The notes beneath the pieces are model-generated. The model saw nothing but the letters and a program-made list of their open reading frames with translations. It was not told the origin of the DNA and ran no database searches. This document shows positions 1 to 13,756 of a DNA stretch of 64,000 nt, in pieces (within the stretch, counting starts at the first letter, position 1; each line of letters starts with the position of its first letter). Source of the stretch: an uncultured delta proteobacterium (GTDB lineage: Bacteria; Myxococcota_A; Polyangia; Haliangiales; Haliangiaceae); contig CAWKDB010000010.1 of assembly GCA_963848295.1 (NCBI GenBank), positions 3,712,001 to 3,776,000 on the forward strand. Reading direction: 5' to 3'. The position numbers and the translations under genes are program-made.

Positions 1-47
1 AACGAGCGGCACGCATGCGGCGTATGTAACACGGCTGTTGCTGCCGA

Positions 48-1385
48 TTACGAGTGATCTAACCCACGCAACATCGCGTCGCGCACCGCGTCGTAGCTCG
101 CGGGCAGCTCGATCGGGGCGTTGCGGTACTTGCCGGCCGGGACCTCGGCGAGCGTGCCGTCGTGATAGCCGATCTTGAAGTCTGCGAACTTGAGGCCGCT
201 CGCGGTCGAGATCACGACGACCCGATGGTCGCGGGTCACCACGCCCCGCGCCGCCAGCTTCGCGAGCGCGGCGAGGGCGACGCCGGTGTGAGGGCAGGTG
301 AACAGGCCGCCGCGATCGGCGAGCGCGGAGGCATCGGCGAGCTCGGCCTCACTCGCGATCTCGACGACGCCATCGTACGCCTCGAGCACGCGCACCGCCT
401 TCGCGAAGCTCACCGGGTTGCCGATCTGGATCGCGGACGCGAGCGTCGGTTTCGCGACCACGCGCTCGAGCGCCGCCCAGCCCGCGCGGTAGCTCGCGTA
501 CAGCGGGCTCGCGTTCGCGGCTTGCGCGACGCAGATCCTCGGCCGGCGCGCGACCAGCCCGAGCTCGAGCAACAGGTCGAACCCGGCGCCGAGCGCCGAG
601 ACGTTGCCGAGGTTGCCACCGGGGATCACGACCCAATCGGGCACGTCCCAGCCGAGCTGTTGCGCGATCTCGATCGCGACCGTCTTCTGGCCCTCGACGC
701 GCAGCGAGTTCATCGAGTTCGCGAGGTAGACGCCGTCGCGATCGGCGAGCTGCTGGACGATCGCCATGCAGCCGTCGAAGTCGCTATCGATCGCGAGCAC
801 GAGCGCGCCCGTCGCGAGCGGTTGCACGAGCTGCGCCGTCGAGATCTTACCGCGCGGCAGGATCACGACCGCCGGGATCCGGGCGGCGGCGGCATACGCG
901 GCGAGCGCGGCGGACGTATCGCCGGTCGAGGCGCACGCGACCGCGCGGATCGGTTTGCCGTGCGCGATCATCTGGTTGACCATCGACACCAGCACGGTCA
1001 TCCCGAGATCTTTGAACGAGCCGGTGTGCGAGGTGCCGCACTGCTTGATCCGGACGTCGCCGAGGCCGAGCGCGCGGGCGTAGGCCGGCGTGCGCATCAA
1101 GTGCGTACCGCCTTCGGCCATCGACACGATGTGCTCGCGCGAGAGGCCGGGCGCGACCCACTCGTGCTTGCCCCACACGCCCGAGCTATATGGCTCCTCG
1201 ATCGCGTGCCAGCGCTCGGCGAACAGCTGCTTCCACGCGTCGGCGGAGCGAGTGCGCAAGGCCGCGATGTCGTGAGCGACCTCGAGCAGGCCGCCGCACG
1301 TCGGGCAGCGATAGATCACCTGGTCGAGCGGAAACGTGCCGGAGCAGCCCGAGGCGCAGCGGAAGTGCGCGGAGAACGTCGTCAC
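48..1385 (-). CDS. thrC: Threonine synthase (plant/myxobacterial type, N-terminal Zn-ribbon)
   Basis: PLP-lysine motif SHTGSFKDLG, CASTGDTSA, PGGNLGN and CPHTGVA; N-terminal CxxxC...CPTC. Confidence 0.93.
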   Translation of the reverse strand: MTTFSAHFRCASGCSGTFPLDQVIYRCPTCGGLLEVAHDIAALRTRSADAWKQLFAERWHAIEEPYSSGVWGKHEWVAPGLSREHIVSMAEGGTHLMRTPAYARALGLGDVRIKQCGTSHTGSFKDLGMTVLVSMVNQMIAHGKPIRAVACASTGDTSAALAAYAAAARIPAVVILPRGKISTAQLVQPLATGALVLAIDSDFDGCMAIVQQLADRDGVYLANSMNSLRVEGQKTVAIEIAQQLGWDVPDWVVIPGGNLGNVSALGAGFDLLLELGLVARRPRICVAQAANASPLYASYRAGWAALERVVAKPTLASAIQIGNPVSFAKAVRVLEAYDGVVEIASEAELADASALADRGGLFTCPHTGVALAALAKLAARGVVTRDHRVVVISTASGLKFADFKIGYHDGTLAEVPAGKYRNAPIELPASYDAVRDAMLRGLDHS

Positions 1386-2770
1386 GGTTTCGGCTTCGCC
1401 TTGATGATGACTTGGTTGTCTTTGACGACGACCGAGAAGTCGACGCCCTTGGCTTTGTACTGCTCCATGATTCGCGGCGCTTGCGCGTTGATCGTCTTCA
1501 ACAGCTTGCCGTAACCGCCCGGGCCGACGTTTTCGCCGAGCATCTCCTTGGCCTTGACGTACTTCGTGTACAGCGCATTGACGTCGGCGTCGGTCATCCC
1601 GGGCGGCGGCCTGCTCTGCCCGGGTTGCGTGGCGGCGCGCGGCGCGACCGGCCGCGGCGTCGCGGTTTGGATCGGCGTTGGCCCGGCTGTCGGCGCCGGG
1701 CTTTGAGCGCGCGCATGAACCGGCGGGGCCGGTTTCGGCGTCGCGGTCACGATCGGTGCAGACGCCGCGCGCGGTGCGGCGACCGGCGGTGCGGACGGTG
1801 CGCGCGGCGCGGCGACCGGCGGTGCGGTCGCGGGTCGCGGCGGTGCGGTCGCGGGTCGTGGCGGTGCTACGACCGGGACGTTCGGCACCTTCGTCGGTGC
1901 GGTCGGCGCCTTGAGGAACGGCCCGGCCAGCTGCTCGACTTGCAACGGCGCGCGAGCGGCGGCTGCTCCGGGCGCGATCGGCACGGGCTTCGTCGCCTGC
2001 GATGGCATGCGCGCGGGTGTGGGCACGCCCGGTTTCGCGATCGCCGGGATGCCGCCGCTCGGGCGCGCCGGTGGTGGCACGGTCGGGCGTTTCACCGGCG
2101 CGGGCGGGGCTGGCGGCGCGCTCGGCGCGCGGGTAACGGGCGGTGGCGGGGCGGGCGCTTCTTCGATCTCGGCGAAGAACTTCTCGAGATCGATCTCGCC
2201 GTCGGCGTCGTCGAGTCGGATCGCACCACGCACATCGCGGACATCGCGGGGCGGCACCGGCGCGTGGATCTCGACCGGGCTGTCGTCGGACAGATCGACA
2301 TCGACGTCCGCCGCGACGTCGGCGCCACGGCGCTGTGCGATCGCCAGGGCTTGTTCGCGATCGCGCAAGACTTGATCGCGCATCCGCTTCGGCATCGCCG
2401 CGAGGATCTCGTCCGGGATGTCGTCACCGGTGCGCGCCGCTTGCCGGCCGACCTTCGACAGGTTGCGAAAATACGTCCCGTTCTCGATCTGGCGCAGCGT
2501 CCGTCGCCAGTACGAGTTGTACGAACCGAACTTCTGTTGCAGCGTCGCGAGCCGGTAGCGCAAGCCGGTGTTGCGAATCGACAGCTGCGTGAGGTCGCGC
2601 AGCTTGCGCTCGATATCGGTGTGCAGGAACGCCGGAGCTTGCTTCTGGATGCCCAAGAAGTACTGCTCGTACAACGTCTTGAGCCGATCGAGGTTCGTCG
2701 CGGCGAGATCGAGCAGCTCCTCGATCTGCTCGGATGTGACCATCTGGTCCTGCGCCGACTTCGAAGCCAC
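1382..2770 (-). CDS. Myxobacterial protein with MXAN_5187-like C-terminal domain and Pro/Ala-rich linker
   Basis: N-terminal LKTLYEQYFLG helical domain; C-terminal LYTKYVKAK...VDFSVVVKDNQVIIKAKP; stop overlaps the thrC start (GTGA); TGgTATCCT box 8 nt upstream of the GTG. Confidence 0.75.
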   Translation of the reverse strand: MASKSAQDQMVTSEQIEELLDLAATNLDRLKTLYEQYFLGIQKQAPAFLHTDIERKLRDLTQLSIRNTGLRYRLATLQQKFGSYNSYWRRTLRQIENGTYFRNLSKVGRQAARTGDDIPDEILAAMPKRMRDQVLRDREQALAIAQRRGADVAADVDVDLSDDSPVEIHAPVPPRDVRDVRGAIRLDDADGEIDLEKFFAEIEEAPAPPPPVTRAPSAPPAPPAPVKRPTVPPPARPSGGIPAIAKPGVPTPARMPSQATKPVPIAPGAAAARAPLQVEQLAGPFLKAPTAPTKVPNVPVVAPPRPATAPPRPATAPPVAAPRAPSAPPVAAPRAASAPIVTATPKPAPPVHARAQSPAPTAGPTPIQTATPRPVAPRAATQPGQSRPPPGMTDADVNALYTKYVKAKEMLGENVGPGGYGKLLKTINAQAPRIMEQYKAKGVDFSVVVKDNQVIIKAKPKP

Positions 2771-2811
2771 CTGCTGCGAGGATACCAGGTCTGCTATGAC
2801 CGGGGCCGCGG

Positions 2812-4473
2812 ATGTCGGTCCTGTACACCCTCGTGCTCGTCGGCGTGCTCGTGCTGATCCACGAGCTCGGCCACTTCGCGGTCGCGAAGCTGCTCGACGT
2901 CAAGGTGCTGCGGTTCTCGCTCGGCTACGGCCGCCCGCTCGTCCGGGTCAAGCTCGGCGAGACCGAGTACCAGATCGGCGTGTTTCCGATCGGCGGCTAC
3001 GTCCGGATCATGGGCATCGAAGGCGAAGGCGAGTCGGTCGACAAGCGCGACGCCGGCCGCAGCTTTGCGAGTCGGCCGTTGTGGCAGCGGCTCGCGATCG
3101 TGTTCGCGGGTCCGGCCGCGAACTTGTTACTCCCCGTCGTGATCTACTTCGCGTTCTTCGCGGGCCACACCTCGCTGCCCGCCGCGGTGATCGGCGACGT
3201 GCGTGACAATGGTGTCGCCGCGCGCGCGGGGCTCGAGCCGGGCGATCGCGTGCTCGAGATCGATGGCCGCGCGGTGCGCTACTTCGAAGACATCGAGCGA
3301 ATCGTGCAGAGCTCGCCGGGCAAGGAGCTCCACATCCGCGTGCAGCGCGGCAGCAAGGTGTTCGAGCGTTACGTCACGCCGATCGAACAGACGGTGTGGA
3401 GCAAGGAGCGCGACGGCACGATGACTCGGCAGGGTTGGGTCGGCATCTGGCACGCGCCGTTCGTGCCGCTTGTCGGCGTGATCGATTCGCAATCCCCCGC
3501 CGCTCGCGCCGGCCTGCGCACGAACGATCTGCTGATCAGCATCGACGGGGAGCCGGTGCGCAACTGGAGCGACGTCGCCCATCACCTCGGCAAGCTCGCG
3601 CGGCGCAGCAGCATCGTGTACTTCCGCGGCACCGGAGTTCCCGGCGTGCCCGCGATCGAGCTGCTCGCGCCCGGCTTCGCCGATCTCGTCCCGGAGACGC
3701 GAGTCGACGGCGCGCTCAAGCGCGTCACGTACACCGGGCTCGAGCACGCCGAGATGTTCGTCGCTCATGTCGAGCCAGGCTCGGCGGCCGAGAGCGCTGG
3801 CATCAAGGTCGGCGATCTGATCGTCGCGCTCGACGATCGCCCGATGGAGCACTGGCTCGATCTCGATCAGGCGCTGCAAGCCGAGCCGACCAAGACGTTC
3901 AAGTTGACGTGGAAGCGCGCGTCGGCCGGCGGCACGACCGAGACGATCACCGCCGACGTCACCCAACAGTGGAAACAAGGCCTCGACGACTACGATCACA
4001 CCGTGACTCGCCTCGTGTTCGGTGCGCGCAACGACGTCGATCGCGGCACCGGCGTGATGACGCCGATCGACGGCCGGATCGGCTACGCGTTCTCGAAGTC
4101 GCTCGAGCAGACCGGCGAGACGATCTCGACGATGGTCAGCGGCTTCTTCCAGATCCTCGGCGGCGACACGCCCAGCGATGCGCTCGGCGGCCCGCTGATG
4201 ATGTATCGCGTGGCGTCGGTGTCGGGCAGCCAAGGCTGGGACAGCTTCATGCGGCTGCTCGCGTTGATCAGCATCAACCTGGGTCTCATCAACTTGTTGC
4301 CGATTCCGATGCTCGACGGCGGCCATCTGTTGGTGTTCGGGCTCGAGAGCGTGCGCCGCCGGCCGCTCTCGGCGAAGACGCGCGGCCGGATCCAGCTCGC
4401 CGGCTTGGTCGCGATCGGCCTCATCACGATCCTCGCGCTGCGCAATGACTTGGTGCGCTTCGTGTGGCGATGA
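2812..4473 (+). CDS. rseP: RIP metalloprotease RseP (M50) with about 3 PDZ domains
   Basis: HELGH zinc motif, [24 protein letters not shown]; three AxxAGL...D PDZ-like repeats. Confidence 0.92.
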   Translation: MSVLYTLVLVGVLVLIHELGHFAVAKLLDVKVLRFSLGYGRPLVRVKLGETEYQIGVFPIGGYVRIMGIEGEGESVDKRDAGRSFASRPLWQRLAIVFAGPAANLLLPVVIYFAFFAGHTSLPAAVIGDVRDNGVAARAGLEPGDRVLEIDGRAVRYFEDIERIVQSSPGKELHIRVQRGSKVFERYVTPIEQTVWSKERDGTMTRQGWVGIWHAPFVPLVGVIDSQSPAARAGLRTNDLLISIDGEPVRNWSDVAHHLGKLARRSSIVYFRGTGVPGVPAIELLAPGFADLVPETRVDGALKRVTYTGLEHAEMFVAHVEPGSAAESAGIKVGDLIVALDDRPMEHWLDLDQALQAEPTKTFKLTWKRASAGGTTETITADVTQQWKQGLDDYDHTVTRLVFGARNDVDRGTGVMTPIDGRIGYAFSKSLEQTGETISTMVSGFFQILGGDTPSDALGGPLMMYRVASVSGSQGWDSFMRLLALISINLGLINLLPIPMLDGGHLLVFGLESVRRRPLSAKTRGRIQLAGLVAIGLITILALRNDLVRFVWR

Positions 4474-5138
4474 TCGTCCTCGGGATCGATACGGCGACGC
4501 CGACGACCAGCGTCGCGCTCGTGCATGCCGACGATGGCCGGATCATCGCGGCGACCTCGAGCACGGCGCGCGGCCAGGCCGCCGAGATCCTCACGCTGAT
4601 CGACGGCCTGTGCACGGCGGCCGGGGTTCGCCCGAGCGAGCTCGGCGCGGTCGCGGTCGGCGCGGGCCCGGGCTCGTTCACCGGCCTGCGGATCGGGATG
4701 GCGACGGCCAAGGGCATCGCGTTCGCGGCGGGCTCCCCGCTGTGGACCGTGTCGTCGCTCGCGGCGGTCGCACACGGCGTCGCCGGCGGGCTCGTGATCG
4801 CGCTGATCGACGCGCGGCGAGGCGAGTACTACGTCGGGGCGTTTCGCGCGGGAGTCGCGGTCGCGGCCGAAGCGGCGCTGCCTCCGGATCGGATCGCCGA
4901 GTACACCGCAGCAGCCCGGAGCGATGCCGAGCCCGTCGCCTATGTCGGCGCGGAGGCACTCGTCGCGAGCTTGCCAGGCATGATCGCACGCACACCGTCG
5001 GCGGCCAGCGTCGCGCAGCTCGGGCTCGTGGGCGCTCGCCTCGATGTCGTCGCGACCGCGGCACCGAGCTACGTTCGCCCCGCCGAAGCCGAGCTCAAGT
5101 ACCCCGACGGTGTGCCGGGGGCGTTGCGCAGGCGTTGA
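4470..5138 (+). CDS. tsaB: tRNA threonylcarbamoyladenosine biosynthesis protein TsaB
   Basis: [18 protein letters not shown] and DARRGEYY motifs; ATGA overlap with the rseP stop gives start 4470. Confidence 0.92.
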   Translation: MIVLGIDTATPTTSVALVHADDGRIIAATSSTARGQAAEILTLIDGLCTAAGVRPSELGAVAVGAGPGSFTGLRIGMATAKGIAFAAGSPLWTVSSLAAVAHGVAGGLVIALIDARRGEYYVGAFRAGVAVAAEAALPPDRIAEYTAAARSDAEPVAYVGAEALVASLPGMIARTPSAASVAQLGLVGARLDVVATAAPSYVRPAEAELKYPDGVPGALRRR

Positions 5139-5194
5139 CGCGTTGCCGCGCGGGCGTCCGCGATCTATCGTTGGGGTACCTGCCAGGAGGACGC

Positions 5195-5380
5195 GTGAAC
5201 CAGCCCGAGCCCGAGAAGCAAGCGTTGCTAGCCGAGCTGACTGCCGAACATCGTCGGCTCGATGACGAGCTCAGACAACTCGAGAAGCGCCGGGCGCTGA
5301 CCCCGACCGAACAACTGGAAGTCTCGCGCCTCAAGAAGCAGAAGCTGCTGACCAAAGATCGGATCACGCGGTTGACGTGA
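5195..5380 (+). CDS. DUF465/YdcH-family small coiled-coil protein (61 aa)
   Basis: AGGAGG at 5185-5190 before GTG 5195; [13 protein letters not shown]...[12 protein letters not shown] signature. Confidence 0.8.
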   Translation: MNQPEPEKQALLAELTAEHRRLDDELRQLEKRRALTPTEQLEVSRLKKQKLLTKDRITRLT

Positions 5381-5381
5381 C

Positions 5382-5840
5382 GTGCTGACTCCCGAGCAGA
5401 TCGAGACGATGCGGGCGATCGGCCTGCGCCTCGATCGCAGCGGGACGTTCTGGCAGGACGCCGCCCCGGTCACCCACGCGCGGTTGCGCCGAGCGTTGCT
5501 GCGTTGGCTCGATGTCCGCGACGACGGCCGCGACATCGTCCGGCTCGACGACAAACGCTACGCCTACGTCGAGATCGAAGATGCTCACCTGCGGGCGACC
5601 TCGGCCCGGTGGGACGGCGATCGCTGCTTCGTGTGCTGGGACGACGACGAGGAGCTCGAGCTCGACTACGGCTCGCTCCGCCAGGCGAGCGACCACGCGT
5701 TGTACTGCCGTGTGCGCAAGCTGCGCGGGCGCATCGCCGGGCCGGCGTATCACGCGGTCGCCGAGCGCATCGTGGAGGTCCCCGCCGGATTCGAGCTCGC
5801 GGCCGCCGGCCAGCGCTGGCCGATCCTCGACGCGGCGTAG
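5382..5840 (+). CDS. DUF1285-like hypothetical protein
   Basis: [12 protein letters not shown]...VTH and YVEIEDAHL resemble DUF1285; starts 2 nt after the previous stop. Confidence 0.6.
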   Translation: MLTPEQIETMRAIGLRLDRSGTFWQDAAPVTHARLRRALLRWLDVRDDGRDIVRLDDKRYAYVEIEDAHLRATSARWDGDRCFVCWDDDEELELDYGSLRQASDHALYCRVRKLRGRIAGPAYHAVAERIVEVPAGFELAAAGQRWPILDAA

Positions 5841-5882
5841 GTCCGGCTCGAATAACCGGGTCTCGGCGCGCGTTACCGCGTC

Positions 5883-6611
5883 ATGCGGTTGGCCATCTTG
5901 CCGTTTCTGCTCGCGAGCTCGGTCGCGATCGCCGGCGCAGGCCGCGTTGCGTGCCCGACCGGCGCAAACCTCGAACAAGTGGCGCGTACCGCGTGGAAGG
6001 TCAACAGCGGCGAGGTCTTCCCCGAGTGCTACGCGCTCACCGCCGGCGAGCCGTTGTGGCTGGTCGTCGGCTATCTCGCGATGCCGAATGGCGCGTCCAC
6101 CAATGTCGGGCTCGCGAGCACGCTCGTCGCACCGACTGGCGAGGTCTGGCCGGTCGCCGCAACTCCGGCGCGAGCGATGTTCTCGAGCGAAGCGCTCCAC
6201 GGCCGCGGCGCGCACCCGGCCGGCAACTCCGCCGGATGGCGGAGCGGTCCAGTAGACGGCGAATGGATCGCGCGCGATCTCGATGGTGATGGTCGCGACG
6301 AGCTCGTGCACATCACCGGCAAGCAGCGCGACGGCTGGAGCGCGTCGGATCTCACGGTGTCGACCGTCGTCGATCACGAGCTCGTCACGAGCGAGCCCGT
6401 GCGGATCTCGAACAGCTTCAGCGGGCTGCACGGCGAGACCCGCGCGTGCGGCTCGACGCACCGATTCGTCGCGGGACCGCATCACACGACGCTGATCGAG
6501 ATCACCGCCGCCGCGGTCGCGATCGCGAATCCCGACGACGCTGCGCAATGCCCGGCGCGCGGTCGGCATCGCTATCGGTGGACCGGCAGCGAGCTCGTCG
6601 AAGTGCGCTGA
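5883..6611 (+). CDS. Secreted hypothetical protein with one FG-GAP/VCBS-like Ca-binding motif
   Basis: Signal peptide; DLDGDGRDEL motif; paired Cys; C-terminal YRWTG. Confidence 0.6.
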   Translation: MRLAILPFLLASSVAIAGAGRVACPTGANLEQVARTAWKVNSGEVFPECYALTAGEPLWLVVGYLAMPNGASTNVGLASTLVAPTGEVWPVAATPARAMFSSEALHGRGAHPAGNSAGWRSGPVDGEWIARDLDGDGRDELVHITGKQRDGWSASDLTVSTVVDHELVTSEPVRISNSFSGLHGETRACGSTHRFVAGPHHTTLIEITAAAVAIANPDDAAQCPARGRHRYRWTGSELVEVR

Positions 6612-7853
<1,242 letters not shown>

Positions 7854-7860
7854 GCGCGCC

Positions 7861-8211
7861 TCACATGAAGGAGTGGAACACCAGGATCAGCAGGCCGGTG
7901 ACACCGATTACCACGGCGAGCATGAGAAACCAGCCGAGAACGAGCGCGGCGCCGGCGAGCCCGAGCCCGAGCAGCATCAGCGCCCACGCTCGCTCGCGCC
8001 GAGCGATCGAGACGATGCTGATCGCGGCGGTGATCGCGAAGCCGGGCACGCTGATCCGCCGATCCGGCGTCTCCCAGAACGGATGCTGGCTCATCGCCAC
8101 GACGACGAACGTCAGCGCGCCGAGCGCGAACGTCGCGACCGCCGCGCCGCGGTGCGCGAGCCAACGCGTCGGGTGCAAGTGCTCGGGCTTGGGCAGCGGC
8201 CGCTCGTCCAC
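7861..8211 (-). CDS. Small membrane protein (3-4 TM helices)
   Basis: Hydrophobic segments; TATACT box 6 nt before the GTG; 7 nt gap to the LeuA-like gene. Confidence 0.65.
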   Translation of the reverse strand: MDERPLPKPEHLHPTRWLAHRGAAVATFALGALTFVVVAMSQHPFWETPDRRISVPGFAITAAISIVSIARRERAWALMLLGLGLAGAALVLGWFLMLAVVIGVTGLLILVFHSFM

Positions 8212-8230
8212 GCTCGCAGTATAGCGCTAG

Positions 8231-9867
8231 CCCGGATCATTCGTGATGGCTCCAGCTGACCGGCGCTTGGCGGCGGAGCCGCCTCGCGCACGGTCAGGGT
8301 ACGTCGCGAGCTCGCATCGTTGCCGCGGCGCCACGCCGCAACGGTCGGCGATCCGGGAGGCGGCGCACTGGTTGTCAAAGAATCGCCGACTACGTGACGC
8401 CGAGGTCGCGCGCCACGGCGAAGAAGATGTGGGCGAGCGGGAAGGCTCGCGGCAGGCGGACGAGGACGCGGCGGACGGATGCCGTGACGTGAGCCGCGAC
8501 CTTGAGTAGCCGCAAGCGAAGAGTGTCCATCTGGGCGGTTGCGAGCCGAACGCGATCGGTGGAGACATACTCGGTGGCAGGGGCGACGCGCGCGACGGTG
8601 GCACGCAACGCATGCATCAAGCGGTAGGCGATGGCGTGCAGCAAGAGACGGAAGGCGTTGGCGACGAAGCGGTGACACGACAGACGATCGGCGTGGAGCG
8701 CGTTCTTGAGGTCCTTGATGAAGTTCTCCGACTGCCCGCGTGCGCAGTAGGCGACGTCATAGATGAGACCTGGGGAGAACTCGTCGAGCGTGGTCACCAC
8801 GAATCGCGGATTCTCGCCGCGCTCGCTGTGCTCGACCTTGCAGATCACGTGACGCTCGGCGGGCCAGGACTTCGAGGCGTACGACAGCCAAGTGAAGCGG
8901 CGAACGAATCGCTTGCCGTCGAGGAATTCCTCCTCGACGGAGGACCGCAGCGGCTTGGCAAACTCCAGCAGCCGCGAATTCTTCGCGACACCGATCACGT
9001 ACTCGACGTCGCCGAGCTCGGCGTCAAGCTGCTCGAGGCGATCGAGGAGCTTGGGCATCGCAAACGCGGAGTCACCGCGCACCAGGATGCTTGCGTGGGG
9101 GCACCGTCGGCGAATGGCTCGAATCAGCCGCGTGAGGATCGTGATCGCACCCTTGGCGGCGTGCGCACGCCCGGGCCGGAGCAAGGCGGTGATCAGCTGC
9201 CCACTCAGGGCGTCGAACACGAGCAGCGGGTGAAGCATGTGCTGGTCGTAGAAGCCGTGGAAACACATGAGCTCCTGGTTGCCGTGGGTCTGGTCATCGG
9301 TGGAGTCGATGTCCAGAACGATCAGGTCGGTCGTCGATACGAGTTCGTCGACGTAGACCTGCTCGTAGGCGCGAGTCAGCCGATTGAGCTCGCGACCGGT
9401 GATCGCGTTTTCGAACCGCGACAGCGTCGGCTGCGATGACATCGCGTGATCTTCGGCGTCGCACGCCAGGCGAAGTGCCGGATCGTGGCGCAACCAGTCC
9501 GCATCGTTGCAGTCCTCGTAGCCGAGGCAGATCTGATAGACGCGCTGCCGGACTTGCTCGAGGCGCGAATGCCGAACTCGAGCTGAGTCGCGCCGATCGC
9601 CGAGTAACGCTGTCAGACGCGTCGTCAGCTCCAACCGCTCGTCGAGCTTGCGCAGCAGCACGACGCCGCCATCGGAGGACACCTGTTCGGCGTCAGCGCT
9701 CAGAATCGCGCGGCGGCGCTGGAACTGAAGCTCGATCGGTGGAATACACGGTGTCGTCGGTGCGTGGGCAAATTCGTTTGTCTTCACAAACAGCGAAACC
9801 TGCGTACCGGCACCGAAATTCCGGCGATGCGCTCCTCGCGGCGCGCTCCCTTCGCGAATGATCCGGG
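8231..9867 (-). mobile_element. Complete IS1380-family insertion sequence (1637 bp)
   Basis: Terminal inverted repeats CCCGGATCATTCG(T/C)GA, 15/16 match, at 8231-8246 and 9852-9867; CTAG on both flanks (8227-8230, 9868-9871); single transposase. Confidence 0.92.
8390..9787 (-). CDS. IS1380-family DDE transposase (465 aa)
   Basis: SSDGG, GYEDCNDADWLRHDP, SQPTLSRFEN; catalytic LDIDST / RGDSAF / RGQSENFIKDLK. Confidence 0.93.
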   Translation of the reverse strand: MKTNEFAHAPTTPCIPPIELQFQRRRAILSADAEQVSSDGGVVLLRKLDERLELTTRLTALLGDRRDSARVRHSRLEQVRQRVYQICLGYEDCNDADWLRHDPALRLACDAEDHAMSSQPTLSRFENAITGRELNRLTRAYEQVYVDELVSTTDLIVLDIDSTDDQTHGNQELMCFHGFYDQHMLHPLLVFDALSGQLITALLRPGRAHAAKGAITILTRLIRAIRRRCPHASILVRGDSAFAMPKLLDRLEQLDAELGDVEYVIGVAKNSRLLEFAKPLRSSVEEEFLDGKRFVRRFTWLSYASKSWPAERHVICKVEHSERGENPRFVVTTLDEFSPGLIYDVAYCARGQSENFIKDLKNALHADRLSCHRFVANAFRLLLHAIAYRLMHALRATVARVAPATEYVSTDRVRLATAQMDTLRLRLLKVAAHVTASVRRVLVRLPRAFPLAHIFFAVARDLGVT

Positions 9868-9877
9868 CTAGACCGCG

Positions 9878-12676
9878 CTAGACCGACGACAGCCCGAGCG
9901 CGCCGCGCAGGGCGACGTGGGCCGCGCTGTAGGCGAACTCGACGAGGTCTTTGTCGAGATCGCCGACCTCGCGCGCGCCGCCGAATGCAGCCGGGATATC
10001 CGCGGCCAACAGCATGCCGGCGCGATCCGCGGTGCGCGAGAGCGAGCGCGCCCAGGTCGACAGGTTCAGGCCACCTCCCGAACGCGACAGCACGCGCAGT
10101 GCCGCGGCGCGAGCCTGCGCACGCGTCGTTTCGGTGAGCCTGGCGATCGCGTCGCTCGCCGCCGCGGCGAGCGGGTCGTCGGCGCCGGCGTCGGTCCCGG
10201 CGGCTTCTCGCGCGATCGCGAGCACGATGGCGCGCAGCACTCGCCCGGGGCGCGACGCGCCGACCGCGCGACCGGGCAACACGAACGTCAGGGCGCGCGC
10301 GAGCCGGAACACGAGCTCGGGCCGCTCCGGGGCGGTGAGGGCTTCGTCGCCGGCGATCATCACCGGCGGGTCGCACGCGACGACGTGGATCTGCGAGCCG
10401 AGCTCGACCCGCGAGTACACCGGCGCGGGCGACACGCCGAGCAGCACCGCGATGCTGGCGCGCAGCTTCGCGAACGCCGGCGGCAGGTCGGAGTCGCCGA
10501 CGTGTTGGCTCGCGTCGAGCTCCGCGGCGGCGAGCGTCATCGGCGCGAGGGTGTGAACGGCGGGTGCGACGAGCTCGAGCAGGGCGCCGAGATCGAGTGA
10601 ATCGTCGCCGTGGCGCAACAGGCTCCAATGATCGCGGCCGAGCGGGCCTTTGGGTTGGGCCGCGCCGCGCACGCGATGCGTTTCGTACATCGTCTCCATC
10701 GACGTGTCGGCGCTACCGAGCGCGACCATCGTCGACGCCGCGAGAAACGCGGCATCGCCATGACCCGCGGCTTCGGTCGTGCGAACGAGCGCCGCGCCCG
10801 ACGTCGGATCGCCGAGGGCTTCGCGCCAACCGGCGCGGGCCGGCTCGCGGGTCTCGGGCCGCGCCGTGCGCTCGCCGAGTGCAGCGACGTCGGGATCACG
10901 TGGCGCCAGGCGTTGCGCGTTCGCGAGCGCGGCGAGGCCGGCGATACGATTGTCGAGATGATCGAGGTAGAGCTTCGCGAGCCGAGTCCACGCCGTCGCT
11001 TCAGCGATATCGCCGCGACCGCGCAACCGGAACAGCAACCGCTTGAGCGTGCGTTCCCACCGGCGGAGCTCGCCGCGCGATACCAGCAGGGCTTCGAGGG
11101 CGCTCGCGGCTTGGACCCGCGCCGGGTCGCGTTCGAGCGCGCGCTCGAGGTGGAACATCGCTTCGGCGTCGTCGACGCGCAACGCCGCATCGATCCGACC
11201 CATGTAGTCGTGGCCGGCGGCATGATCCGGATCGATCGCGAGCGCGCGGTCGAGGTGAGGGCGCGCGGCTTCGGCCGCCGGCGTGCTCGCACCACCGGCG
11301 TTCCACTCGCACCAACCGAGCGCGGCGTGGTAGTCGGCTTCGCCCGGCGAGCGCGCGAGCACGGTCTTGATCAAGCCGATCGCCTGCGCCCATTGCTCCT
11401 TGGCCATCAGCCCTTCGGCGAGGCGGAAGTTGAGCTCCGTGTCGATCGAGGGCGGCGCCTGGACGAGCTCGCCACCCGCCAGCTCGCGATCGTATTGCGC
11501 ACGCTGATGGACGTCGAGGAGCGTGGCTCGCGCCAGATCGTAGGCCGCGCGGATGTCGACGAGCTTCTCGCGCTCTCGCGGCGAATCACCGAGGCCGCGC
11601 TCGGCCGCGTTCATCAGGTGCGAGCGCAGGTCATGGGCATCGTCGATCTCGGCGGCGCTCGCCTTCGAGCCGACCATGAGCAGCGCGTAATGATCGGCTT
11701 CTCGGATCCGCGTGTGCTCGGCCGCGATCGCCTGGGTCGCGGCGGCGTTCTGATCGCGCTGCGTGCTGACCGCGGCGAGCTCGGCCGGCGACACGATGCC
11801 GGAGTCCTCGTCGTGGATCGCGTACACCGGCTCGGTCGGGCCGAAGTCGAGCGGTGCCGCGCCCGAGGTCGAGCGATCGCCAGAGTAGCTGTCCTCGAAC
11901 AAGATGTCGTACAGCGTGTCGTGCGGCTGATCACCGGTGGCCGCGCGACCGACCGCGGGCCCGCTCGCACCGAGGCCGATGTTCGCCGCGGTGGCGACCA
12001 CGGCATCGCACATCACCATCGCGTCGATCGCGAGCCGAGCCTGCGCGCGATCGCCGAGCGCGCGCTCGATGTCGGCGATCGAAGCGCCCGGCGTCAACGC
12101 GAGCACGACGCGCTCGCCGAACGTGCGACGCAGCTCGTGGCGCAGCCGGTTGCCGCGCTCGGTCAGCTCGAAGCTCATCGCGTCGAACCGGGCGAGGCGC
12201 GCGAGGTCCTCGACGGCGGTTTCGCGCAGCCCGTCGAGCACGACCTCGACCATCCGCAGCTGCATGCCCTCGACCGGCTGGTGGCCCTCCTCGAATCGCC
12301 ATGCGCCTTGCGGCCAGCGCAGCGCTTGCACGAGCTTGTGCCGCGCCTGTCGGCCGAGCTGATCGATGAGCTGCTCGACCGTCATGATCTGCAACGCGAC
12401 GAGCGCTTCGCCGAGCTTGCCTCCGACCGCCGAAGCGCGCGTCACCGCGAGGCGATGCTGGTCCTCGGTGATGACGCCGCTGTTGACCAGGAAGTGACCG
12501 AGCGTCTCGTCGCGCGGAGTCGAGCTCGTGCTGACCGGGTTGCCGTTGACGAGGTCGACGGACTTCGAAACGCGGCCACGACGCAGCACGAGCTTTCCGG
12601 TCGCGAAGTCCTCGTGCAGATCGAGCAGGACCGCGGGCAGCGGTCGCATCGCGAGCTCCCCTGACCGCGACTGCAT
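9878..12676 (-). CDS. DUF4388 + J-like domain + TPR protein (myxobacterial)
   Basis: N-terminal TGKLVLRRG...ETLGHFLV...WPQGAWRF (DUF4388-like); HYALLMV...AEI...QRAQYD J-like segment; TPRs; start could be 12649. Confidence 0.75.
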   Translation of the reverse strand: MQSRSGELAMRPLPAVLLDLHEDFATGKLVLRRGRVSKSVDLVNGNPVSTSSTPRDETLGHFLVNSGVITEDQHRLAVTRASAVGGKLGEALVALQIMTVEQLIDQLGRQARHKLVQALRWPQGAWRFEEGHQPVEGMQLRMVEVVLDGLRETAVEDLARLARFDAMSFELTERGNRLRHELRRTFGERVVLALTPGASIADIERALGDRAQARLAIDAMVMCDAVVATAANIGLGASGPAVGRAATGDQPHDTLYDILFEDSYSGDRSTSGAAPLDFGPTEPVYAIHDEDSGIVSPAELAAVSTQRDQNAAATQAIAAEHTRIREADHYALLMVGSKASAAEIDDAHDLRSHLMNAAERGLGDSPREREKLVDIRAAYDLARATLLDVHQRAQYDRELAGGELVQAPPSIDTELNFRLAEGLMAKEQWAQAIGLIKTVLARSPGEADYHAALGWCEWNAGGASTPAAEAARPHLDRALAIDPDHAAGHDYMGRIDAALRVDDAEAMFHLERALERDPARVQAASALEALLVSRGELRRWERTLKRLLFRLRGRGDIAEATAWTRLAKLYLDHLDNRIAGLAALANAQRLAPRDPDVAALGERTARPETREPARAGWREALGDPTSGAALVRTTEAAGHGDAAFLAASTMVALGSADTSMETMYETHRVRGAAQPKGPLGRDHWSLLRHGDDSLDLGALLELVAPAVHTLAPMTLAAAELDASQHVGDSDLPPAFAKLRASIAVLLGVSPAPVYSRVELGSQIHVVACDPPVMIAGDEALTAPERPELVFRLARALTFVLPGRAVGASRPGRVLRAIVLAIAREAAGTDAGADDPLAAAASDAIARLTETTRAQARAAALRVLSRSGGGLNLSTWARSLSRTADRAGMLLAADIPAAFGGAREVGDLDKDLVEFAYSAAHVALRGALGLSSV

Positions 12677-12706
12677 GGGCTCGTTGAGCTTACACCGCGC
12701 TCGGGA

Positions 12707-13752
<1,046 letters not shown>

Positions 13753-13756
<4 letters not shown>

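Noticed and set aside
1760..1875. Short tandem repeats in the MXAN_5187-like gene (also SLDE repeats near 38137-38170)
   Set aside because: Ordinary low-complexity linker coding repeats
5849..5874. CGAAT-N17-CGTT as an ECF promoter for the 5883 gene
   Set aside because: The -35 element is imperfect; plausible but not supportable alone
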